From a virus (lineage: Duplodnaviria; Caudoviricetes), in the IMG/VR virus record IMGVR_UViG_3300020043_003493, positions 1 through 24,873 of that record: a stretch of 24,873 nt of DNA; one strand, written 5' to 3'. The translations under genes and the position numbers were made by a program. Of the stretch, positions 8,626-16,755 are shown piece by piece. Every line of letters starts with the position of its first letter. Within the stretch, counting starts at the first letter, position 1. The notes beneath the pieces were generated by a model. It was not told the DNA's origin. It saw only the letters and a program-made list of their open reading frames with translations, and searched no databases.

Positions 8626-9578
8626 TATGCTACCTCATACCTTCCAGTGACTGTAAGATCATCTCCTGATACCCATGTCATTGGTACTGTTGCTGATATT
8701 CCTAGTAGTGATGCATACGTACCGCCCACGCCAACAACGGTTAGCAGCGCAGTGGTAGTAGTAAGGAAACGTAGCGGCCCTACAAAATCGGCTGTACCAC
8801 TGTCTCCAAATTGGCAGTCACCAATAAGCTGTTCGCCAACGGTGTAGTTTGAGCTTGCAGTAACAGGTAGGGTAACAGTAGGAGTGGTTCCCATAGCACT
8901 GGTTCCCCCAAGTACAAACCTAGCCCAGAAGTTAACTGTCTTACCGACTTGGTTATATCTACCAGAAACAGTACCGTTTCCAAGAGTTGTATTGGCAAAT
9001 ACAGGTGTATAGCTTGTCCACGCCCACGAAGATCCAAAAGCACCCGTGTTATTCCACGCGTTGTTCGGGACTGAGTTATTGGTATTAAGTGCTGAATCTT
9101 TGATATTCAGACCGTCAATAGTGACCCCGTTAGCACTTGTAAACTCGCTAACGGTGTCAACAGTTAGGGTAGGATTTGTGATTGTAGGAGCTGTGAGTGT
9201 CTTACCTGTCAATGTCTGTGTCGTTCCAGTTCCTACAAGGGTCGTAGAAGCATCTGGTAGTGTATAGGTTCTCGTCTGTCCTGCGGTAATAGAAGAAGCC
9301 TCAAACTTAGCTTGCTTGGTTGGATCGGAGTTATCTTGAATCGTCAGAGAGGAGTCTAAAACAGTGAGAGTTGGAGTGTTTATGGTCGGAGAAGTAAGAG
9401 TTTTATTCGTTAAAGTCTGTGTGTCTGTCGTAGAGACTGGATTACCACCAGTAAATCCTAATAGGCTATTTGGAGTTACTTTGAAAGACTGCGATAGATC
9501 AGAAGCATCGACAATCTCAATAAGATCGGTAGTCCGATCAACTACAGGGATTGTATTTAGTTCTGTAATCTTAGTCAT
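8625..9578 (-). CDS. Tail fibre-like protein A (317 aa)
   Basis: MTKITEL start and QTLTNKTLT repeats. C-terminal domain WTSYTP...GRYNQVGKTV...TLPVTA...TGRYEVA resembles phage receptor-binding head domains. Confidence 0.75.
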   Translation of the reverse strand: MTKITELNTIPVVDRTTDLIEIVDASDLSQSFKVTPNSLLGFTGGNPVSTTDTQTLTNKTLTSPTINTPTLTVLDSSLTIQDNSDPTKQAKFEASSITAGQTRTYTLPDASTTLVGTGTTQTLTGKTLTAPTITNPTLTVDTVSEFTSANGVTIDGLNIKDSALNTNNSVPNNAWNNTGAFGSSWAWTSYTPVFANTTLGNGTVSGRYNQVGKTVNFWARFVLGGTSAMGTTPTVTLPVTASSNYTVGEQLIGDCQFGDSGTADFVGPLRFLTTTTALLTVVGVGGTYASLLGISATVPMTWVSGDDLTVTGRYEVA

Positions 9579-9927
9579 TGTTCTCGCTCCATACTGTTCT
9601 ACTAGTGAATATTATTGATACATCTTCTAGTGTTCTGGTTGTTCCTGATTCAGTGGTTCTCACACTTCCTGACTCAGTAGTTCGCTCGACTCCTAGATTT
9701 GTAAGTGATGGCTCTCCTCGTCCAGTTGTACCCCAGATAGTCGCTTGTTTAGTTTCGGAAGTCCATACGCTATCAGCTTTAGGATTGTAGACGTTATCCT
9801 CTAAAAGAAACTCACCGTTATCTTCTAAAAGTAGGTTGAAGCCATCTTCGAGTAAAAGACCGAACCCTGCATTTGTAGGGAGGGTTTCGCCTGATCCTGT
9901 TCGAGTCCATACTGTAGCCGACTTCAT
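9571..9927 (-). CDS. Hypothetical virion protein with LLLEDG repeats (118 aa)
   Basis: LLLEDG-FNLLLEDN-GEFLLED and RTTESG-VRTTESG repeats. SD AGGAG upstream. Confidence 0.65.
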   Translation of the reverse strand: MKSATVWTRTGSGETLPTNAGFGLLLEDGFNLLLEDNGEFLLEDNVYNPKADSVWTSETKQATIWGTTGRGEPSLTNLGVERTTESGSVRTTESGTTRTLEDVSIIFTSRTVWSENND

Positions 9928-9935
9928 CTAGTCTC

Positions 9936-10211
9936 CTATACTTTTGCGCCACCATGTGCTGTGTCTACATATACTGTGATGTCTGGTGTACCTGTCGTTA
10001 CGATACGAACACCAGTATCAAACTTGTAAGCTTTAATAAACATACCCACAGTAGGAGCCGTGACTACTCCGTGTGTTGATGCTGTGCCTGTTGTTCCGTC
10101 TATGAGGGTGATGTTACCTGTTGGGGTAGCGTTCACTTGGATATAGACAGCTTTTGCCTTCCCCGTGAAGACCTGTGTAGTTGCTGCGCTGGTAATATTT
10201 CTGATCTGCAT
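9936..10211 (-). CDS. Small hypothetical virion protein (91 aa)
   Basis: SD AAGGAG 5 nt before ATG. Thr-rich beta composition. First gene after leader copy 3. Confidence 0.7.
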   Translation of the reverse strand: MQIRNITSAATTQVFTGKAKAVYIQVNATPTGNITLIDGTTGTASTHGVVTAPTVGMFIKAYKFDTGVRIVTTGTPDITVYVDTAHGGAKV

Positions 10212-10222
10212 AGTTTCTCCTT

Positions 10223-10273
10223 AAAAAATAAAAACGCCCCTCATGGGGACGTTCCTCTGTACAGATTATAGCA
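10223..10273 (-). promoter_or_regulatory. Promoter-leader-hairpin element, copy 3 (tail fibre operon)
   Basis: TGCTATAAT-CTGTAC-AGAGGAA-CGTCCC-CATGA-GGGGCG-TTTTTATTTTTT-AAGGAG-AAACT-ATG(10211). Confidence 0.85.
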
Positions 10274-10279
10274 CTTTTA

Positions 10280-13200
10280 TCAGAAACTAGTAACAGCTTT
10301 GGTACTTATCTTCTTAGTGATCTGCTCACCTATTGAACCAACAACTACATGATCTGCCTTTGGCTCATCAAGAACACCATCGACTATATCAACTATTCCT
10401 GTAGTCGATAACCTGCGTGTAGCGTAACTCCATACGTCTGCCGCACTAGCACCGCCACCACCGCCAGTGCTTACTGCAATTGCCTGTACTGGTTGTTCAA
10501 ACAAAATACGTACAGTGTAAGCACCTAGCGTATCGACAAACGGATCTGCGCCGCCTTCACCGACTAATATGCCATCAACAACACTTAACGTGTGGTTCGC
10601 TTCATCGGGTCGTACTTTCCAACCGTTAGCTTGAAAGGTATAAAATGGTATTGAATTAGCACCTGATATGAGATTACCACCAACAATACTATATGCAAAC
10701 TGGTATTGAGCGTTGTTTGTAAGCAAGATTGTGTCTTTCCATATAGAGTACACACCTGGAACGCTAAATTCTACAGCTCCAGTATCCATGATAATTAGCT
10801 CATTTGCAAAATCTATAGTTACGTTGTCCGTAGATCCAGCAATATAAACTAAGTCATCTGCCTGGGATATAGGAACATCAACATCTGTATTGCCAAAGGT
10901 TATACCAGTAAACTTAATCGGGAATTTATCATCTTTCCAAATAAGTGCGTAATTCCCCGTACTATCAGTACCCGTCCATGTATATGAATACTCAAAAGTA
11001 GTTCCAGCAATAACCTCTCGTGCGATCTCTGTATTTGTGCTATCAAACAGTACAACCTCTGTGCCAATCTCAAGCCCACTGAAGCTGTATACAGCATCTA
11101 CTGGATCCAATGGGTATTGGTAAGCTCTTGTGGTGGCTGTGCTTCCAATAAAGGCATAGAGACTCGTAATGGCTGTAGCATTTGTCGTAGCCGTTAGTAT
11201 GCGTATCTTCATTTTGAACCCAGTTGCAGGAAGTGCGCTCTCACTCGGTAGATGATTGAAGCGTAGCGTACCTGATACAACACCAGTGTTAGCTGTACTA
11301 ACTGTTATATCGGTGGCACTGTCAACACTTACGACAGTAGCATTGGGGTAAATATTTGTACCATATATTTGATCTCCAGCCTCTACACCTGTTGTGTCGG
11401 TCATAGTAACAGTAGTACTTGCACTAGCTCCACCTGCACCAGTTCGCTTATAATAGAGATTATGGAAGCTACCATAGCCTGCACCTGTGTCCAGAGCATA
11501 AGTAATCGTATAGTTTGCAATAGTACCACCAGCCATTACAGCTTCAGCTACTGGGAAGTTGAGGTGTCCTATGACAAACTCAGGTGTTTCAAAGGTAATC
11601 TGATCGCCGATTACCGGCATATACAAACCACCAGCTGATGTAAATGCCGTAGTGCCAGCATCAATAGTGTATTGATCAGTAGTATCAGCCGTGGCCTCGT
11701 TCATAACTAAGCCAACACGGCCATGTAGCGGTGCAAAGGTTAGCGTTCCTGCTGCGCCACCAGCGTTCAGGCAGGTAAATGTGAATGTATCTTTTGTGAG
11801 TACTGTAACAGTCTTCTGACCTAACACGATAGCTGTTGTGTCACTCGATACACCAACATTTATCAGCATACCTGTACGTAGGCCATGATCTGTACTTGTA
11901 ACGGTAGCAGTAGTTGTTACCCTTGCCCACACCTGAGCGGCCATGTTTGGGCTTACCTCGTTTATCCAATAATCAACCCAATGCGTACCATATACAGCTG
12001 TTTGCGCTGTAAGTGCCATTGTAGCTGCCACGCCTTTCATGTACTGGTTAAGTAGCGGTGTGAGTGGGGCGTTAATGTAATCGCCAAAGATGCTTTCAAG
12101 GATCACATTTTTACTGGAGTTATCGCCAGTAATAACGTTTGTGCGTAGGTGTGGAGTGTAGCAACGCTGTACCTTGACTGTGTTGGCTGCAGCTGATGCT
12201 GCAAGCACTACGAGTGTTGCGGCCATTGTAGGGTAGTAGCTGAGTGTACCCGCCGCTCCTCCAGCGTTTAGGCAGGCAAAAGTAAAGGTATCAGCAGTAG
12301 GCGTGGCGACAACGGTTTTAGTAGCCACTGTTATGGCCGCTACATCAGATGAGATAATTACATACAGGATATCGCCAACTTTGAGGCCGTGGGCAACCTT
12401 CGTAACTGTAGCCGTCGTAGTAACCCTAGTCCATGCTACGGCATCTTGCCGTGTATCGCCCATATCGAGTGGGCTAGCATAGGTGCCGAGATTTCGTAGT
12501 TTAATCTCGGCACAACCTGCCGCACCAATGTTTAGGATGCCTGAGTAAGGTTGCATAAGTGTACCACCAAAGGTTAGGCCGTCAAACGTGCATCTGAGAC
12601 AGTTTGAACCTATGTCAAACGCATACATCGGGATTGCTGTACCAGTAGTCAGTGCAGGATGGTCATAATATACAGTACTCGTGTATGCAACGTCAGTACA
12701 GGTTGTCAAGAATGCACGTCCACCACCTAGTGTGCAGGTAGTGAAAGAACAATCAACAGCACGTACTAGGTTGTTACTGCCTGTCGTAGCGTTGGCTGCT
12801 TTTACAAACGATCTAAAGACACAGTTTGTAAAGTCAAAACCGTTAATATCAGTCATCGATATTACGTATGCACCGCTAGCTGCCTCGGCTGCACGACAGA
12901 ACTTCGAGTTAGTGATTGTACCACCAGCGAAAGATAGATTGAGTGTCAATGCTATCTGTGTATTGGCGGCTTCCTGGCCTACGTTTACATTATCCCATGA
13001 TAAAGGAGATGCTATCTCAGTTGCTACAATAGCTGTTAATATACCGCAGTTACTAAGTTCAAGGCTGTATGCCTGGTTGATATTCATATACCAACCGATA
13101 CTAGCTTTATCTATATCAATCGCACCACCACCAGTGGTTGCAAACTCATAACGAGTGGCTAGGGTCGCGTTAGGTAGCACGTTAGCTGTCCTAGCGGCGG

Positions 13201-14044
13201 TTGTACAGTTAGCAAAGAATATATTAGAGATACGAACCTTACGTCCTGCTGGAACAATATATCCACCTGTGCTGTTTGTGCCGTCATGGCCAAAGCGCAA
13301 CAAGCCAGCCGAGCTGATCCAACACACCTTGCCACGCACAGCATCCGTACCAACGTTTGCGAGTAGTGCAGCAAGCGAGCCAGCACAGGGGTAGAACTCA
13401 TACACGCCAGTTCCAGTTCCCGTCTCTACCTCAACACCAGCATGATACTGCAGGGTGCCGTTGCTAGGTATCTGATACGTAGTAGCTCTCGTACCATCAG
13501 TTGTACCAATTTCGTAATAATCACCGCGTACTTTGAATAAGTTTAATCGGTTTACTGTACAAAGCCCTGCCTCATCGCCGACTATCTCAATCCAACCAAC
13601 AACGTCAGCACCTGTAGCATTTGCACCAATACCTGTGAGCGCACCTGCTGAATATGGTGTTGCGTTCCACTGTTTAATCTTTATATACCCGTTGGCAGGC
13701 ATTGCTGAACCAGCAGTCGTAGGTGCTACGGCTAGGGTATCATAGACACCAATTAATAGACCAGATGCCCCTCCCTGACTAATAGTGGTTCCTGCTACTG
13801 GCACGTTACCAGACCCTGTGTCATATGGTATCAGACGAACTGCTGTAGCATTTATCTCGCAAGTACCGCCAAGTGATGCACTGAGCGTCATATTACCGAG
13901 ACTAGTGCTTGTAGTTTGATTTAATCCATAACGACTGTCTTGGTCAATCGTCAAGTAACCACCGTTGATGTTATAAACATCTCCACCAGCCTTGGTTGTA
14001 AGACTGTCTATATTAACAGGAGTAGTTATTGTAAATGTAGCCAT
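10280..14044 (-). CDS. Large tail spike/fibre-like protein (1254 aa) with probable beta-helix and duplicated inserted domains
   Basis: T/G/A-rich. Region with beta-helix-like periodicity (FDFTNCVF, DCSFTTCTL, RCTFDGLTF). Two copies of a WxRVTTTATVT..HGL..G...DTFTF.CLNAGGAAGTL domain. Confidence 0.65.
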   Translation of the reverse strand: MATFTITTPVNIDSLTTKAGGDVYNINGGYLTIDQDSRYGLNQTTSTSLGNMTLSASLGGTCEINATAVRLIPYDTGSGNVPVAGTTISQGGASGLLIGVYDTLAVAPTTAGSAMPANGYIKIKQWNATPYSAGALTGIGANATGADVVGWIEIVGDEAGLCTVNRLNLFKVRGDYYEIGTTDGTRATTYQIPSNGTLQYHAGVEVETGTGTGVYEFYPCAGSLAALLANVGTDAVRGKVCWISSAGLLRFGHDGTNSTGGYIVPAGRKVRISNIFFANCTTAARTANVLPNATLATRYEFATTGGGAIDIDKASIGWYMNINQAYSLELSNCGILTAIVATEIASPLSWDNVNVGQEAANTQIALTLNLSFAGGTITNSKFCRAAEAASGAYVISMTDINGFDFTNCVFRSFVKAANATTGSNNLVRAVDCSFTTCTLGGGRAFLTTCTDVAYTSTVYYDHPALTTGTAIPMYAFDIGSNCLRCTFDGLTFGGTLMQPYSGILNIGAAGCAEIKLRNLGTYASPLDMGDTRQDAVAWTRVTTTATVTKVAHGLKVGDILYVIISSDVAAITVATKTVVATPTADTFTFACLNAGGAAGTLSYYPTMAATLVVLAASAAANTVKVQRCYTPHLRTNVITGDNSSKNVILESIFGDYINAPLTPLLNQYMKGVAATMALTAQTAVYGTHWVDYWINEVSPNMAAQVWARVTTTATVTSTDHGLRTGMLINVGVSSDTTAIVLGQKTVTVLTKDTFTFTCLNAGGAAGTLTFAPLHGRVGLVMNEATADTTDQYTIDAGTTAFTSAGGLYMPVIGDQITFETPEFVIGHLNFPVAEAVMAGGTIANYTITYALDTGAGYGSFHNLYYKRTGAGGASASTTVTMTDTTGVEAGDQIYGTNIYPNATVVSVDSATDITVSTANTGVVSGTLRFNHLPSESALPATGFKMKIRILTATTNATAITSLYAFIGSTATTRAYQYPLDPVDAVYSFSGLEIGTEVVLFDSTNTEIAREVIAGTTFEYSYTWTGTDSTGNYALIWKDDKFPIKFTGITFGNTDVDVPISQADDLVYIAGSTDNVTIDFANELIIMDTGAVEFSVPGVYSIWKDTILLTNNAQYQFAYSIVGGNLISGANSIPFYTFQANGWKVRPDEANHTLSVVDGILVGEGGADPFVDTLGAYTVRILFEQPVQAIAVSTGGGGGASAADVWSYATRRLSTTGIVDIVDGVLDEPKADHVVVGSIGEQITKKISTKAVTSF
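11735..12440 (-). repeat. Internal domain duplication in the 1254-aa protein (about 12237-12440 and 11735-11937)
   Basis: AVAWTRVTTTATVTKVAHGLKVGD...DTFTFACLNAGGAAGTLSY versus AQVWARVTTTATVTSTDHGLRTGM...DTFTFTCLNAGGAAGTLTF. Confidence 0.85.
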
Positions 14045-14790
14045 TAGCTGTATATCTCCGTTACTCTATCATCCCATACGGCAGTAAACCCCGTACCAGT
14101 CCATGTTATCTCAACACCACTGGTTTCATCAATTTTCTTTATACGCCAAACGGGGTCGGATGTCGCCGTACCCTGTGATGCAACGCCTATATAAGTAACG
14201 TTGGTGGTAGTAGTGTCGTCTATCAGTTTCTTGAGTAACTCGTCAGGTATTTCTACCTGCACTGGGGAGGCTCTTAACTGTGTGTCGGTAAGAGCATCAA
14301 CTTGAGCCCCCGTACCGATATTTACTGTGGGGATGTTGAGAACGGTGACTTTTAATAGTCCGAGATCATCGGTCTGCATCATCGTTCTATCACCGTTTGT
14401 GGCTGCCAGTGACCCAAGTGAGTCATTCCTGACCACACCAGCCATCGTCAGAATATCGCTCCCAGTGCTAGGGGTTTGTTCGGTATATTGAGTGCCTCCA
14501 CCAAAAGAAGTGATCTGGTTCCCCGAGGCATCAGTTATGGCAACTGTTAAGGGATTGGCGGAAGTTAAGTCAAGTACCGTTGCTTTTATAGCGGTGTTTA
14601 CGCCGTCAGTTATATTTCCGTTTCCACCACCAAATGTTGATACCTGATCGCCTGCGGCATCCACAATTGCAACATGCATTGGATTCGAGTTCGTTAAGTC
14701 AGCACCTGTAATATCAAGAGGATCACCAGTAAGATCTTCGGTGACTATAATTCCTTTGTGATGATTGGGATCTATTCTTGCTCTCTTCAT
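14044..14790 (-). CDS. Hypothetical virion protein; likely start MKRARID at 14790
   Basis: The ORF-track start (14805) lies inside the leader hairpin, while ATG 14790 follows the U-tract. Internal repeat with 43-aa period: DLTNSNPMHVAIVDAAGDQVSTFGGG / DLTSANPLTVAITDASGNQITSFGGG. C-terminal TYIGVA...WRIKKID...WDDR motif. Confidence 0.7.
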   Translation of the reverse strand: MKRARIDPNHHKGIIVTEDLTGDPLDITGADLTNSNPMHVAIVDAAGDQVSTFGGGNGNITDGVNTAIKATVLDLTSANPLTVAITDASGNQITSFGGGTQYTEQTPSTGSDILTMAGVVRNDSLGSLAATNGDRTMMQTDDLGLLKVTVLNIPTVNIGTGAQVDALTDTQLRASPVQVEIPDELLKKLIDDTTTTNVTYIGVASQGTATSDPVWRIKKIDETSGVEITWTGTGFTAVWDDRVTEIYS

Positions 14791-14837
14791 AATAAAAACA
14801 CCCATTGACGGGTGTTTCCTCTGGTTAAATTATAGCA
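14791..14837 (-). promoter_or_regulatory. Promoter-leader-hairpin element, copy 4 (spike operon)
   Basis: TGCTATAAT-TTAACC-AGAGGAA-ACACCC-GTCAAT-GGGTGT-TTTTATT-ATG(14790). Confidence 0.85.
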
Positions 14838-14838
14838 T

Positions 14839-15642
14839 TTAGAGTTTGATTAAACCATTGAGCTTTGCCACCCTTGAATCTGCGCCCTCTAGCTTTATCT
14901 TTAAAGCGTTTAATATCGTGCGCTCTTTCGCTATAACCTGACGTTCTGTAGCGATATTCTTTAAGATACTCTCCTCATCGTCTTGGATTTTTTTAAGTAG
15001 CTTGACTGCGTCTTGTGTCTTCAGTAGTATCTCACGTTACTCATCGTCTAACTTCGCTTTACGGGTTAGATAATCAGTCTGTAGATCATCAAGAGTCTTT
15101 TTAGACTGTTCTATAAGATCGTGCTTCTCGTCTAGTCTCATGTTTGCTTCGGTGATCTTTTCTTCTACAGATCGAAGTTCTGATTCTAGCGTAACAGTAT
15201 CAGTCTTTATAGATTCGAGTTCGCTTTTTTTCTCAACTATTAAATCGTCTAGCTTCTCCATTGAAGCAAGTTTTGTTTTAGCTTTTTCGAGTGCGCCATT
15301 AACTGCACCTAACTGAGTACGTGACTTCTCTATAGACTCGGACTTTTCAGTGATGATGTCGTTGAACTGTTTTATATGGGCTTGCTTAGTAACGATCTGT
15401 TCTTCGAGTTCAATAAGCTTTGACTTAGCAAGAACGATAGCCTCGTTTAGAACTTCCTTTTCAGCCTCTACTTCTCTACTGACGCTACTTTTTGCGCTTT
15501 GCAGATTCTGTCGTGACGCTTGGACTGTCAACTGCAGTTGCGAGTTCTCCTCCTCCAAAGAGGACTTCTTCTTCTCCAGTTTCTTCACCTGATCCTCCAA
15601 AGACTCCAGGTTCTGTAGTAACTTCCTCTGCTTGGGACTCAT
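14839..15642 (-). CDS. Coiled-coil protein interrupted by one in-frame TAA at 15037-15039 (201 aa to the stop, 267 aa if read through)
   Basis: SD GAGGAGG before ATG 15642 and a heptad-like K/E/L sequence. The same frame continues 65 codons past the TAA (REILLKTQDAVKLLKKIQDDEESILKNIATERQVIAKERTILNALKIKLEGADSRVAKLNGLIKL) to TAA at 14839-14841. Confidence 0.7.
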
Positions 15643-16117
15643 GCGAAACTTCCTCCTCGCTTATTGATTCTCGGTTTAGATCAGCAATTTGTTTGTTTAA
15701 TTGTTCCTCAACATTTAGAGTCGAGAGCTGAGAACGGAGATCCTCTGTATTCATAACGACTTCTTCTTCTATTCCTCTACGAAGTTCTGGATCACCAATA
15801 GTCGCTTTATGTCCTCTTAAACTCATAATCTCGTCTACGAGGTGCTTAACAACGACTTGAGCAACATCACCTGGTAAGTTCATAGCTCTACCCTGTGGAA
15901 GTGTAATTGACTGAGTAACGTGCTTTAGAGTTGGGTGCATGTCGTTTCTAAGACCCATCTTTGCGATGTGTGTATCTTCGTAACGTGAGTCTAGCTCTGA
16001 TACGCTTCTAGCGACTGTCCATGTAAAATCTCTACTTAGAGGGTTCAACACCTTTACGATGTGGTGACTTCTTAGGTTTGCTAATAGGCTCACTGGATTC
16101 GATGAGTTCTGTTCCAT
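15485..16117 (-). CDS. Hypothetical protein with acidic tail (start 16117 or 16135)
   Basis: Globular-looking N-terminal part (VKVLNPLSRDFTWTV...VAQVVVKHLVDEIM) and an acidic tail ending KRKK. GGAAGAGG precedes ATG 16117. Confidence 0.7.
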   Translation of the reverse strand: MEQNSSNPVSLLANLRSHHIVKVLNPLSRDFTWTVARSVSELDSRYEDTHIAKMGLRNDMHPTLKHVTQSITLPQGRAMNLPGDVAQVVVKHLVDEIMSLRGHKATIGDPELRRGIEEEVVMNTEDLRSQLSTLNVEEQLNKQIADLNRESISEEEVSHESQAEEVTTEPGVFGGSGEETGEEEVLFGGGELATAVDSPSVTTESAKRKK

Positions 16118-16271
16118 TTTCCTCTTCCCATTCATTTATTAGTTTAGTTAAAAGTCTATGCTCGCCTTGAAGACAGGTCATCTCAGTGACTATCTTTTCT
16201 TTTTCACCATTCAACTCACTAAATCTATCTGCTACTTCTTGTCTTTTGGTTTCGAGCTTAGCTTTGTTCAC
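16032..16271 (-). CDS. Small coiled-coil hypothetical protein (79 aa), probably leaderless
   Basis: GTG start lies 6 nt after TGGTATTAT. Coiled-coil-like KLETKRQEVADRFSELNGEKEKIVTEMTCLQGEHRLLTKLI. Fills the gap after the terminator. Confidence 0.6.
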   Translation of the reverse strand: MNKAKLETKRQEVADRFSELNGEKEKIVTEMTCLQGEHRLLTKLINEWEEENGTELIESSEPISKPKKSPHRKGVEPSK

Positions 16272-16286
16272 AACGTAATAATACCA
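16272..16286 (-). promoter_or_regulatory. Extended -10 promoter without leader hairpin
   Basis: TGG-TATTAT-TACGTT-GTG(16271): predicted +1 falls on the start codon. Lies just downstream of a terminator. Confidence 0.5.
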
Positions 16287-16302
16287 TATGTGTCAAATAA
16301 CT

Positions 16303-16324
16303 AAAAAAGCCCCACGAGGGGGCT
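16303..16324 (-). terminator. Intrinsic terminator ending the capsid operon
   Basis: AGCCCC-CTCGT-GGGGCT-TTTTT, 23 nt after the stop of 16348-16746. No AGAGGA and no -10 upstream of it. Confidence 0.8.
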
Positions 16325-16347
16325 GATCTAGCTTGAGGTAGTCTTAC

Positions 16348-16746
16348 TCAAGAACTTACAGCTTTGATGATAGCGAAGTTTATAACTATCGCACCCGTTT
16401 CAGCAGTACCAGCGGCCGCGTTGTTGTTTACAACTGTTATAGAAAACGAGTTGTTCGCAACTGCTGTGACGCTCAACTGTGTGTTGAGTGCTACCTGTCC
16501 TGATCGGACTGATAGCACTACAACGTCACCGATTTCTACTTTGTTGTTATTCACAACAAATACTGCTGATGCTTCAGCGGCTAGTGAGGTCGTATCAGTA
16601 GTGATAGCTCCACTTAGACCGTTACAAGTAACTGCTGTAGCTCGGTTAGTTGTTTGCGTAGCTGTAGCACCTGCACCTGTAGCATAACCAAAGGCTTTGC
16701 GTGTGCGGATTCCTGCTGGAAGAACGTACTTTTCAAATACCTTCAT
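16348..16746 (-). CDS. Probable head-associated structural protein (132 aa)
   Basis: SD AAGGAG. A/T/V-rich beta composition. Third gene of the capsid operon. Confidence 0.65.
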   Translation of the reverse strand: MKVFEKYVLPAGIRTRKAFGYATGAGATATQTTNRATAVTCNGLSGAITTDTTSLAAEASAVFVVNNNKVEIGDVVVLSVRSGQVALNTQLSVTAVANNSFSITVVNNNAAAGTAETGAIVINFAIIKAVSS

Positions 16747-16755
16747 GTTAACTCC

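Noticed and set aside
7663-9578. Diversity-generating retroelement TR/VR pair or invertible fibre cassette
   Set aside because: Both copies are full ORFs in the same orientation, differences are not adenine-specific, and no reverse transcriptase or invertase is in the window.
15037-15039. Stop-codon reassignment (alternative genetic code)
   Set aside because: TAA, TAG and TGA all end genes at tight junctions (TAATG, ATGA), and the long genes are intact in code 11. This is a single site.
16291-16296. TTGACA as the -35 of the 16271 promoter
   Set aside because: It is only 7 nt from TATTAT, and no -10 lies 16-18 nt downstream.
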